From Nitrospirota bacterium (GTDB taxonomy: Bacteria > Nitrospirota > UBA9217): DNA of 64,000 bases. This document shows, piece after piece, positions 56,385 through 64,000 of the stretch. Under the pieces are notes generated by a model. That model saw only the letters and a program-made list of their open reading frames with translations, searched no databases and was not told where the DNA came from. The translations under genes were made by a program, and so were the position numbers. Every line of letters starts with the position of its first letter. Within the stretch, counting starts at the first letter, position 1. The DNA is taken from assembly GCA_963737155.1 (NCBI GenBank), contig CAVTRN010000001.1, forward strand, positions 1,088,001 to 1,152,000. Direction: 5' to 3'.

Positions 56385-58133
56385 TTAGCGATCCAAATCC
56401 GCGAGGATAAAATCAATGCTTCCTAGGATTGCCAGCAGGTCGGCAATCATCAGCCCCCTGCTTATCTGCGGCACCATTTGCAGATGGGGAAAAGAAGGAG
56501 TCCGGATGCGTGTACGGTACGAAACGGTGTTGCCGTCGCTGATCAGATAGTAGCCGTTGTTTCCCTTCGTTGCTTCTATTCCCATGAAAGCTTCACCGGC
56601 TGGGATAACGGGCCCCCAGCTCACGTTCAGGAAATGCGTGATAAGCGTCTCGATATCGTGCATCGTATGCTCTTTGCGCGGAGGCGTGGTGAGCGGGTGA
56701 TCGGATTTATAGGGCCCTTGGGGCATGTTGTTCACGCACTGCTCGATGATGCGCAGGCTCTGCCGCATTTCCTCGACACGGACAATACCCCGGTCATAGC
56801 AGTCGCCATGAACCGCCGTGGGAATATCGAATTCGAAGTTCTCGTAGCCCGAGTACGGTCGCTTCTTGCGGAAGTCCCACTCGAACCCGCAGGCCCTGAG
56901 GCCTGGGCCCGTCACGCCGGAATCGATGGCCTCATCGAGCGTGTATTTCCCGATACCGATGGTGCGTCCCTTGAATATCCTATTTTGCATCACGATGGAA
57001 TTGTATTCTTTGAGCCGCGGGGGAAGGTATTTGAGGAAGTTTCTGATAAGACCATCCCACCCCTTCGGCAGGTCCTGGGAGACACCGCCGATCCGGAACC
57101 ATTCGGGGTGCATGCGACCGCCGCAGACGGCCTCAATAATGTCGAATATCCGTTCCCGGTCGGTGAACATGTAAAATACGGGCGAGAGCGAGCCCACGTC
57201 CTGGGCAAAGGTGCCGTACCAGACGAGATGGCTCGCGATACGGAAAAGTTCAGACAGCATCACCCGGATTGTTTTGACCCGGTCAGGAACTTCGATACCT
57301 GCAAGTTTCTCGACCGCGAGAACATAGGCAAGATTGTTCATTGCGCCGCCCAGATAGTCTATGCGGTCTGTGTAGGGGATATAGGTATGCCACGACTGGC
57401 GTTCGGCCATCTTTTCTGCGCCGCGATGGTGATAGCCGATATCGAGCACGGCGTCCCTGATTGTTTCGCCGTCAAGCTGGAGGATGAAGCGAATAAGACC
57501 GTGAGTGCCAGGGTGCTGCGGTCCAAGATTCAGAAACATGAAGTCAGTATCTTCTCCTGCGCGCTGCATGCCCCAGTCCTCGGGGCGAAACTGGAGCGCC
57601 TCCTGCTCAACCAGCTCTTTTTCGTCAGGCAGGCGGAATGGGCCCATCTCGGTCGCCCGCGCGGGATGGTCCTTGCGGAGGGGGTGTCCCTGCCATGTGG
57701 GCGGCATCAAAATCCTTCTGAGGTGGGGGTGCCCGTCGAATTTCACGCCGAACATATCCCATACCTCGCGTTCATACCAGTCCGCTGACCGCCAGAGCGC
57801 CGTTATGGTTGGCAGGGACAGGGAGTCGCTCTGCAGCGGGACCTTGATACGGATGTCATCGTTCCGTTCGTAGGACAGGAGATGATACACGATGGTAAAG
57901 TCGCTCGCGGGCTGGTCCTGTCTGTGGGCCCGGACACGCTCATCGATCGCCGTGAGGTCGTACAGCGTCCTATAGGGCCGGTCAATTGCAGTTTTCAAAT
58001 AGTGGAGAATATCACGAGCTTGTTGTCTGCCGACCCAGAGCGTGGGAATTTCATCGCGTGTGCTTTGGATGGCGAGCACGTCCTGTCCGAATGTTTTTTT
58101 TAAATCATCGATGATCGAATTGTCCACAGTCAT
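56385..58133 (-). CDS. nuoC: NADH-quinone oxidoreductase fused subunit C/D
   Basis: The C part (EREVWDMFG...GHP...HPLRKD) is fused to the D part ([24 protein letters not shown]). Confidence 0.96.
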   Translation of the reverse strand: MTVDNSIIDDLKKTFGQDVLAIQSTRDEIPTLWVGRQQARDILHYLKTAIDRPYRTLYDLTAIDERVRAHRQDQPASDFTIVYHLLSYERNDDIRIKVPLQSDSLSLPTITALWRSADWYEREVWDMFGVKFDGHPHLRRILMPPTWQGHPLRKDHPARATEMGPFRLPDEKELVEQEALQFRPEDWGMQRAGEDTDFMFLNLGPQHPGTHGLIRFILQLDGETIRDAVLDIGYHHRGAEKMAERQSWHTYIPYTDRIDYLGGAMNNLAYVLAVEKLAGIEVPDRVKTIRVMLSELFRIASHLVWYGTFAQDVGSLSPVFYMFTDRERIFDIIEAVCGGRMHPEWFRIGGVSQDLPKGWDGLIRNFLKYLPPRLKEYNSIVMQNRIFKGRTIGIGKYTLDEAIDSGVTGPGLRACGFEWDFRKKRPYSGYENFEFDIPTAVHGDCYDRGIVRVEEMRQSLRIIEQCVNNMPQGPYKSDHPLTTPPRKEHTMHDIETLITHFLNVSWGPVIPAGEAFMGIEATKGNNGYYLISDGNTVSYRTRIRTPSFPHLQMVPQISRGLMIADLLAILGSIDFILADLDR

Positions 58134-58311
58134 GGCATTTTATGTAAAGCTTTTTGAAGCAGAGGGCGCAGAGATCACGGAGAAAACCGCTAAAATACAA
58201 GAGAGGAACACAAGAACTTTAAGCCGCTTAATTTATGACTCTAGAGTTCTCATGTTGCAAAGGGCTCAAATCTACACGCCCTTTCATCCTCTATGGTTAG
58301 GTATATTTTCT

Positions 58312-58666
58312 CACTAGTGTCCCAACGTTGAATGACGAACATTGCCTAACATGGAGAAAACTATAAATATTTATTCTCAAATGCAACTTTTCGATTTGAA
58401 TTAATTCATGCCGATTGGACGTAATTCCGCAGCCCCGTGGAAAGAACGAGCCTGTTGTGTGTCGGGAAAGCCGCTTTTTGCTCATGTATTATTGTCAAGA
58501 TAAAATAAAGCAGAATTGGTGTCTCTACACAGTTCTACAATTTTTAAGTGTTACACTTTTCGGGAAAACGTCCATTTTCGAGTACATTTATCACTAAATT
58601 GCATAAATGATAGCAGCAATGCTTATAACCAATTGAATCTATTTCTATAACGTTGGGACACTAGTG
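58312..58666. mobile_element. MITE / IS deletion derivative (355 bp)
   Basis: Perfect 18-bp TIRs CACTAGTGTCCCAACGTT / AACGTTGGGACACTAGTG. 9-bp direct repeats ATATTTTCT at 58303-58311 and 58667-58675. AT-rich, with no transposase. Confidence 0.85.
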
Positions 58667-58675
58667 ATATTTTCT

Positions 58676-59290
58676 CTATACTTCATCGGGCGACCGCAGA
58701 ATCGTTGCCTTCCTCCGCTTTTCACGCTTCAGGTCTCGCATGGAAGGCATTTCAGGCCGCACAACTTCCTGAGGGCCCGTGGCCCAGCTCAGGGGGCGCC
58801 GTTCTTGCCCTACTTTCTCGCGGAGCATAAGCAGCCCTTCCATGAAGGCATCGGGCCGGGGAGGGCAGCCCGGCACGTACACGTCAACGGGCAGGAACTT
58901 GTCCACGCCCTGTACCACGCTGTAGATATCATACATGCCGCCGGAGTTGGCGCAGGAGCCCATGGAGATGACCCACCGCGGCTCCATCATCTGTTCGTAG
59001 AGCCTCTTGATGACGGGCGCCATCTTGATGAAAACCGTCCCGGCGATGATCATCATGTCGGCCTCACGGGGTGTGCCGCGCATTACTTCTGCGCCGAAAC
59101 GTGCGATATCGTATTTGCTCGTGAGGCTCGTAGCCATTTCGACGTAGCAGCAGGAGAGGCCGAAGTTGAACGGCCAGATAGAGTTTTTCCTGCCCCAGGC
59201 GAGCATGTCCTGGAGTCGGGTAAGGAATAGGCTCCTGCGCACGGCGTCTTCGACGGAATCGTAGCCGGGTTTGTTTAGAGAATAGTTCAT
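58676..59290 (-). CDS. nuoB: NADH-quinone oxidoreductase subunit B
   Basis: [19 protein letters not shown] and VPGCPPRP motifs. Confidence 0.96.
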   Translation of the reverse strand: MNYSLNKPGYDSVEDAVRRSLFLTRLQDMLAWGRKNSIWPFNFGLSCCYVEMATSLTSKYDIARFGAEVMRGTPREADMMIIAGTVFIKMAPVIKRLYEQMMEPRWVISMGSCANSGGMYDIYSVVQGVDKFLPVDVYVPGCPPRPDAFMEGLLMLREKVGQERRPLSWATGPQEVVRPEMPSMRDLKREKRRKATILRSPDEV

Positions 59291-59377
59291 AGTTCAGAAT
59301 TAGCAGCTCACAGTTCAGCGTTCAAAGTTAGCAGTATGAATTTATTACTCTGAACTTTGAATCCTGAACTTTTAACT
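59284..59377. repeat. Heptamer tandem arrays in inverted orientation (hairpin)
   Basis: AGTTCAT AGTTCAG AATTAGC AGCTCAC AGTTCAG CGTTCAA ... CTGAACT TTGAATC CTGAACT TTTAACT. Confidence 0.7.
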
Positions 59378-59764
59378 TGATTTTGCAAACGTTCCCCATT
59401 CCAGCGCGCCGATTTTCCAGACATATACCAGTGCAGCAACCAGGATGCCGATAAAGACTAGCATTTCCGCGTAGCCGGTCCACCCCGTCTCGCGGATCGA
59501 TACAGCCCAGGCAAAGACGAAGACTGCTTCGAGGTCGAAGATCACGAAGAACATGGCGATGAGATAGAATTTTACATCGAAGCGCACCCGAGCGGTGCCG
59601 GTTGACGCAATACCCGACTCGTACGGCTCGTTTGTCTGCTTTTCCCGGTGACGTTCACCCAGCACATAGGAAAGAGCTATTATCGTTACCACGAGGCCTA
59701 CCACAGAAGAGAAGTACACGATCAGGGGCCAAAGATTATTCGAAACAGTTGGAGATTCAGCCAT
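59372..59764 (-). CDS. nuoA: NADH-quinone oxidoreductase subunit A
   Basis: PYESG, FYLIAMFFVIFDLE and GALEW motifs. Confidence 0.95.
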   Translation of the reverse strand: MAESPTVSNNLWPLIVYFSSVVGLVVTIIALSYVLGERHREKQTNEPYESGIASTGTARVRFDVKFYLIAMFFVIFDLEAVFVFAWAVSIRETGWTGYAEMLVFIGILVAALVYVWKIGALEWGTFAKSS

Positions 59765-59887
59765 ATGCAAAGAATATCACAGGGAAAGCGAATGTCAAGC
59801 AAGTAGCGGGAAAGGAATGGGAAATGATTAGTATGCTAAGAGAAGAATAGACAGCCTAATTTTATACGATATAGAAGCACATGCCGT

Positions 59888-60220
59888 TCAAGTGATCTCA
59901 TGTAGTAATCGCCTTCTGAACAGGAATGGAATTGAGTTTTGACGGTCCAGATCAGAGCGAATAGCGTCAAACTGTCGGGCGGTAATGCCATATTCAACAA
60001 GATACTGATTTTTGAATGTTATTGGTTTGCTGCCCGAACGAACGCTGTCTTTAAATAGAGTACGTTTGATATGGCCATATGAGTCGCCCATATCATCAAG
60101 AGCAGCATAAAGAGACTTCCTTGCCTTCAGAGAAGACACATCAAACAACAAAATATGAGCGGTAAAAGAAAGTGATTCACTTTTTCCGCTCTTTGTCTTT
60201 TTATCTTTTCTATTTGCCAT
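59888..60220 (-). pseudogene. Truncated TnpB-like gene (N-terminal fragment)
   Basis: Overlaps the tnpA stop. The YGITARQFDAIR segment resembles N-termini of IS607-associated TnpB. The ORF ends after about 110 aa with no RuvC motifs. Confidence 0.6.
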
Positions 60221-60767
60221 TTTCCATAGCCTCAAGAGCTTTTTTCGCCTTATTGACCGCCGACCGGCGCCCGTAGAGCCTTACGCAGAACGACGTCAAC
60301 ACTTCAATCATGTCCTGCACCAAATCATCCTTAAGCTCAGACTCGTCTACAATAAAAATCTGACGGCCTTGAGCTTGAAGTGATAACCCAGATCCAAAAA
60401 GCATAAGCCGATCACGATGCTCCACGATAATAATACTGACGGTGGGATCGGCAAGCACCTTCATGAGTTCTTGTCTATATCCATTAAGATCAGAGCCAAT
60501 CTCGGTAACTGCTTTTGAAGCTGAAAATCCTTTTGATGCGGCATATACGGGAAGCCGACCAAACTGCGCGTCCAGGTCTTTCTTTTGGTCATGACTGGAA
60601 AGCCGGGCATAAAGAGCAACGGCACCTTGACTGGTTTTCTGCTCTTTGACGATGATCGTGCCGATTGGCATCTGCTCAGCCTCAACAGGAAGTTTGCCAG
60701 CCTTCCACCATTTCCATGCAGATTGATAGGTAATACCCTTTTGTTTTGCCTAAATGCTTAATTTCAT
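60210..60767 (-). pseudogene. IS607-family serine transposase TnpA with a premature stop
   Basis: MKLSI*AKQKGITYQSAWKWWKAGKLP... then YARLSSHDQKKDL, EHRDRL and DDLVQDMIEVLTSFCVRLYGRRSA. TAG at codon 6, where Trp is expected. Confidence 0.85.
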
Positions 60768-60926
60768 GTATACAATATAAAAGTTAACAGTTGAGTACCC
60801 CTAGCTCTAGATATAGGGAGTGTCCAGATCATGTCGTATCCGATGCAGGGGAGGCAGGGAGGCCAGAACTTTGCCTTGACTTTTAAGCGTTTATGCTCTA
60901 TAGTATGCTCCGTACAGGAGGGGACT

Positions 60927-61235
60927 ATGACGAAAGCAGACATCATCTCCGAGGTTTTTGACAAGGTCGGTTTGCCGAAACAGGACGCGGAAGAGATGGT
61001 TGAGATGATTCTGGGTTCAATCAAGCAGACCTTGAAAGAGGGTGAGACCGTGAAGCTTTCGGGCTTTGGAAACTTTGTGGTCCGTAAGAAAAACTCGAGA
61101 AAAGGCAGGAATCCCAAGACGGGCCAGGAAATCGAGATTACCCCTAGAAGCGTCGTCAGTTTCAGGCCAAGCATGATTTTCAAAGACCATGTCATCGAAT
61201 CCCCAACAACAGCCACCACCTCTACCGCCGAGTAG
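60927..61235 (+). CDS. ihfA: Integration host factor subunit alpha
   Basis: MTKAD...VKLSGFGNF...RKGRNPKTG. Followed by merR and tRNA-Pro, as in the usual ihfA locus. Confidence 0.9.
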   Translation: MTKADIISEVFDKVGLPKQDAEEMVEMILGSIKQTLKEGETVKLSGFGNFVVRKKNSRKGRNPKTGQEIEITPRSVVSFRPSMIFKDHVIESPTTATTSTAE

Positions 61236-61533
61236 GATCTTTTACCGCATCGGTGAAGTAAGTCGTATTGCGGGTCTGGAGCAATATGTACTCCGTTATT
61301 GGGAGACGGAATTCCCACAGATAAGGCCTGAAAAAGGCAAAACGGGCCAGCGACGCTATACAAAAAAAGATTTAGACAACATCCTCCTGATCAAGCAGCT
61401 GCTGTACAAGGAAGGGTACACGATTGCTGGCGCCCGAAAAAGGATGAACGGAAAAGGAGAGCAGGAAAATATCAGCGCAGTCATTGAGTCAGCCAGGGAC
61501 GAGCTAAGAGAAATACTGGAAATGCTGAAATAA
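61189..61533 (+). CDS. MerR-family transcriptional regulator
   Basis: YRIGEVS...[10 protein letters not shown]...RRY...GYTIAGA. Confidence 0.9.
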   Translation: MSSNPQQQPPPLPPSRIFYRIGEVSRIAGLEQYVLRYWETEFPQIRPEKGKTGQRRYTKKDLDNILLIKQLLYKEGYTIAGARKRMNGKGEQENISAVIESARDELREILEMLK

Positions 61534-61609
61534 ACGGTTTTTGATTAGGAGTCGAGAAAAAAGTCTATTTTCTCCCGCTGAACTGATCTGGACGCAAAAG
61601 AAAATTTTT

Positions 61610-61686
61610 CGGGGCGTGGCGCAGCCTGGTAGCGTACTCGCTTGGGGTGCGAGTGGTCGGCCGTTCAAATCGGCTCGCCCCGACCA
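61610..61686 (+). tRNA. tRNA-Pro(GGG)
   Basis: CGGGGCG acceptor, anticodon loop TTGGGGT, TTCAAAT T-loop and CCA. Confidence 0.96.
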
Positions 61687-61693
61687 ATAAATT

Positions 61694-61726
61694 AAGCCCA
61701 TAAACATTAGCGTTTATGGGCTTTTC
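61694..61726. terminator. Terminator hairpin, possibly bidirectional
   Basis: AAGCCCATAAAC-ATTAGC-GTTTATGGGCTT-TT, between convergent genes. Confidence 0.8.
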
Positions 61727-61789
61727 TATTTTATTGCAATTTTCACTGAAAATCTTTCATATCGCACATAACTTAAACCTGCAACTTTA

Positions 61790-63091
61790 TCACGCCACAT
61801 GGGAGTGCGGATGTTCATAACTTCTTGAGGCATAGTATGCAAACATGTTCCTGCCCATTTCTTTAGCGTAATACAGTGCCCTGTCTGCATATTGGAGGAG
61901 GGTATTGATTTCTGCACTATCGTCAGGATACACGCTGATACCTATGCTGATTGTTATAGGCAGCTCGCGACCGTCAACAACGCACTTTTCACTGAACGCG
62001 TTCAGGATCTTCCTAGCAATTCCGTCAATATCCTCCCGCTGTTCAAATCCGCCGAGCAAGATGTTGAACTCGTCCCCCCCGATCCGGGCAATGGCGTCCG
62101 AATCCCTTATAGCAGCTTTGAGGCGCATCGCGACCGTCCGAAGCAACTGATCGCCCGCTTCATGCCCCAGCGTATCATTAATCTCCTTGAAGTGGTCGAG
62201 GTCAAGGAACAGCAGCCCCGCTTTCTTGTGATTGCGGTGGGCTTCTGCCAACCCGAAGTGTAGAAGTTCCATGAAAAGACGTCTGTTCGGCAGGCCGGTC
62301 AGTGCGTCATGATTCGCCATGTGCCGTATCTTTTCTTCCAGCCATTTGCGCTTCGAGATGTCAACGACGAAGGCGATGCCATTCGGCTCGCCTTCGAGCT
62401 TCGCAGCTCCGAAGAGACCCCAGTGTCGCGTACCGCCTGGACCGATGTATTCCGTTTCATAGGGCGTGATACGACCGCTCGCTTTGAACTCCGCGGCGAC
62501 TTTGAGCATGTGCGGCATCCACTTCAGCGGCACTAAGCGGTCCCATCGCACTTTGCCTGCCAAGAGGTTCTTCCGGCTGTGGCCGATCATCGAAAGGAAT
62601 GTGTCATTGGCCTCTGTGATCCGTCCATCGGTGTCGAAGTAGCCAATGCCGATTATGCCGCTCTCGCTCAAACGCCGGAAGCGTAGCTCGCTGCGCTGCA
62701 ACGCCTCGACAGCACGCTTCCGCTCGATGGCATATCGAATGGATCGCACCAAAAGGCTATCGTTGATCTTCATTTTTGTCAAATAATCCTGCACGTCCAA
62801 GTGCAGAAGTTTGATTGCAACCTTTTCATCGTCCATGTCAGTAAGTACGATCAGCGGAATCTCCGGTGATTGTTCTCTGACCGCCTGAACCACCTCTATT
62901 CCATTGCCATCGGGCAGCCTCAGGTCTACGAGAGCCACATCAAAGCCGCCCTTCTTCAGAAAAACAAGACCTTCGCAGAGCAGCGGAACATAGACACACG
63001 AAAAGGCATGCTTTTTAAGCATAATGCTGATGAGTTCGACATCATCAGGATTATCCAGGATGGCAAGCACTTGTATGTCTGGCTTGATCAT
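61790..63091 (-). CDS. Response-regulator diguanylate cyclase (REC-PAS-GGDEF)
   Basis: REC domain (DL.LPDGNG), PAS domain, HDALTGLPNR, RDSD I-site and an intact GGDEF. GGAGG SD. Confidence 0.92.
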   Translation of the reverse strand: MIKPDIQVLAILDNPDDVELISIMLKKHAFSCVYVPLLCEGLVFLKKGGFDVALVDLRLPDGNGIEVVQAVREQSPEIPLIVLTDMDDEKVAIKLLHLDVQDYLTKMKINDSLLVRSIRYAIERKRAVEALQRSELRFRRLSESGIIGIGYFDTDGRITEANDTFLSMIGHSRKNLLAGKVRWDRLVPLKWMPHMLKVAAEFKASGRITPYETEYIGPGGTRHWGLFGAAKLEGEPNGIAFVVDISKRKWLEEKIRHMANHDALTGLPNRRLFMELLHFGLAEAHRNHKKAGLLFLDLDHFKEINDTLGHEAGDQLLRTVAMRLKAAIRDSDAIARIGGDEFNILLGGFEQREDIDGIARKILNAFSEKCVVDGRELPITISIGISVYPDDSAEINTLLQYADRALYYAKEMGRNMFAYYASRSYEHPHSHVA

Positions 63092-64000
63092 GGCGCGCCT
63101 CCGTTCCCAATGGGGCGTTGACGGTAGCATCAACGTTCTTCGCGCGGATGGCTCACTTATGTTCTAATTGGACCCCTACTATTGGTTGCGTCATAGCGGT
63201 GACAAAAATTATATTTATATTATAGATGTTAATTAGATTATGTAACTATAGCACATTTTTTCTGATAATTGTGCATTTTTGAACCGATTTCAGGTTTGTT
63301 AATCCGCGACCAGGTTCGCAGTAGGTTGGAGGGATAAAAGCGGTGGCAGAATGACGTTAGGTATCAAGCTATTATAAAAGACATCCTATTTGAAGAACTT
63401 TCAGCTATGCAGTAATGAAAATGTATATTTCAAGTTCACGAAAGATAAGGGAGCACTTTATTATTCGTTCAAGACACGCTGCTAATAGGTTGATACGAAA
63501 AGTAAGTTCGGAATGAGAGAGGTTATTGCAAATACAATGGCTAGGAACTGATCTATGTCCGAGTATGCACCTGAAGGGGCGCGCCGAAGTTGGATTAGGC
63601 AATGCAGGAGGAGCAGCCGCGGCATGGCATGGAGAGAGTTCTGCTGGCGCTGATCACACTGCTCAGGAAAATTCGTGAAATCCTCGATGACTCACCGTCA
63701 TGATATGGGAAAAGTGTAAATCCGGAAAAGGCATCCTGGCAATTTTCGAGAGTTTACAGATCATGCTCTTTGGCTCGACACGGTTTTATTAGTGGAACAA
63801 AACAACCAAAATTTCATACTCCCTGCCTGAACTCTTTTATCATAGAATGTGAGCTGCCAATGACGCTGGTCCAGGCCTTGTCGTGTCACGGTTGTCTTTC
63901 CCCTTTACTTTTCCCATATACTTATTGTATAAACCACAGAAGTGACACTAATTCTTCTTGTTGCCCTGAGGTATTACCATGATTCTCGTAACCAATGACG

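Noticed and set aside
56478-57788. 436-aa plus-strand ORF antisense to nuoCD, and similar long antisense ORFs at 1848-2612 and 54808-55569
   Set aside because: Shadow ORFs arising from codon bias of the real genes, with no recognisable motifs.
63135-64000. Region after tRNA-Pro/GGDEF as a possible island, with a short LLRKIREILD fragment
   Set aside because: No integrase or att duplication within the window, and the fragment is too short to call.

Overview
A mostly core-chromosomal window from a diderm bacterium. The 16S sequence and gene order look Nitrospirota-like, but that assignment is tentative. It contains a short class II ribonucleotide reductase, an oxidative pentose-phosphate cluster (rpiB-gnd-tal-zwf-pgl), pal-cpoB, the TPR-LolB-like-ispE-spoVG-tRNAGln-prs-rplY-pth-ychF block, ribF, cbiX, tyrS, a complete rRNA operon (16S-Ile-Ala-23S-5S), an intact IS1634-family element, an HD hydrolase, tkt, a 13-gene E. 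coli-type nuo operon (fused CD), a decayed IS607 (tnpA/tnpB), ihfA-merR-tRNAPro and a REC-PAS-GGDEF gene. The standout is at 7900-9229. A 40-aa ORF with a strong SD has a C-terminus reading C-H-K-UGA-K-G-UGA-K-S-UAG (CxxUxxU). It is followed at once by a hairpin closely resembling the E. coli fdhF SECIS, then a long stem-loop, then a radical SAM/SPASM gene: a candidate selenocysteine-containing RiPP system. Other signals not visible in the ORF track are a 355-bp MITE (18-bp TIRs, 9-bp TSD) inside the nuo operon, a 25-aa Cys/Lys-rich small protein, an anion permease-DUF192 fusion, and several genes with leaderless-type promoter geometry.
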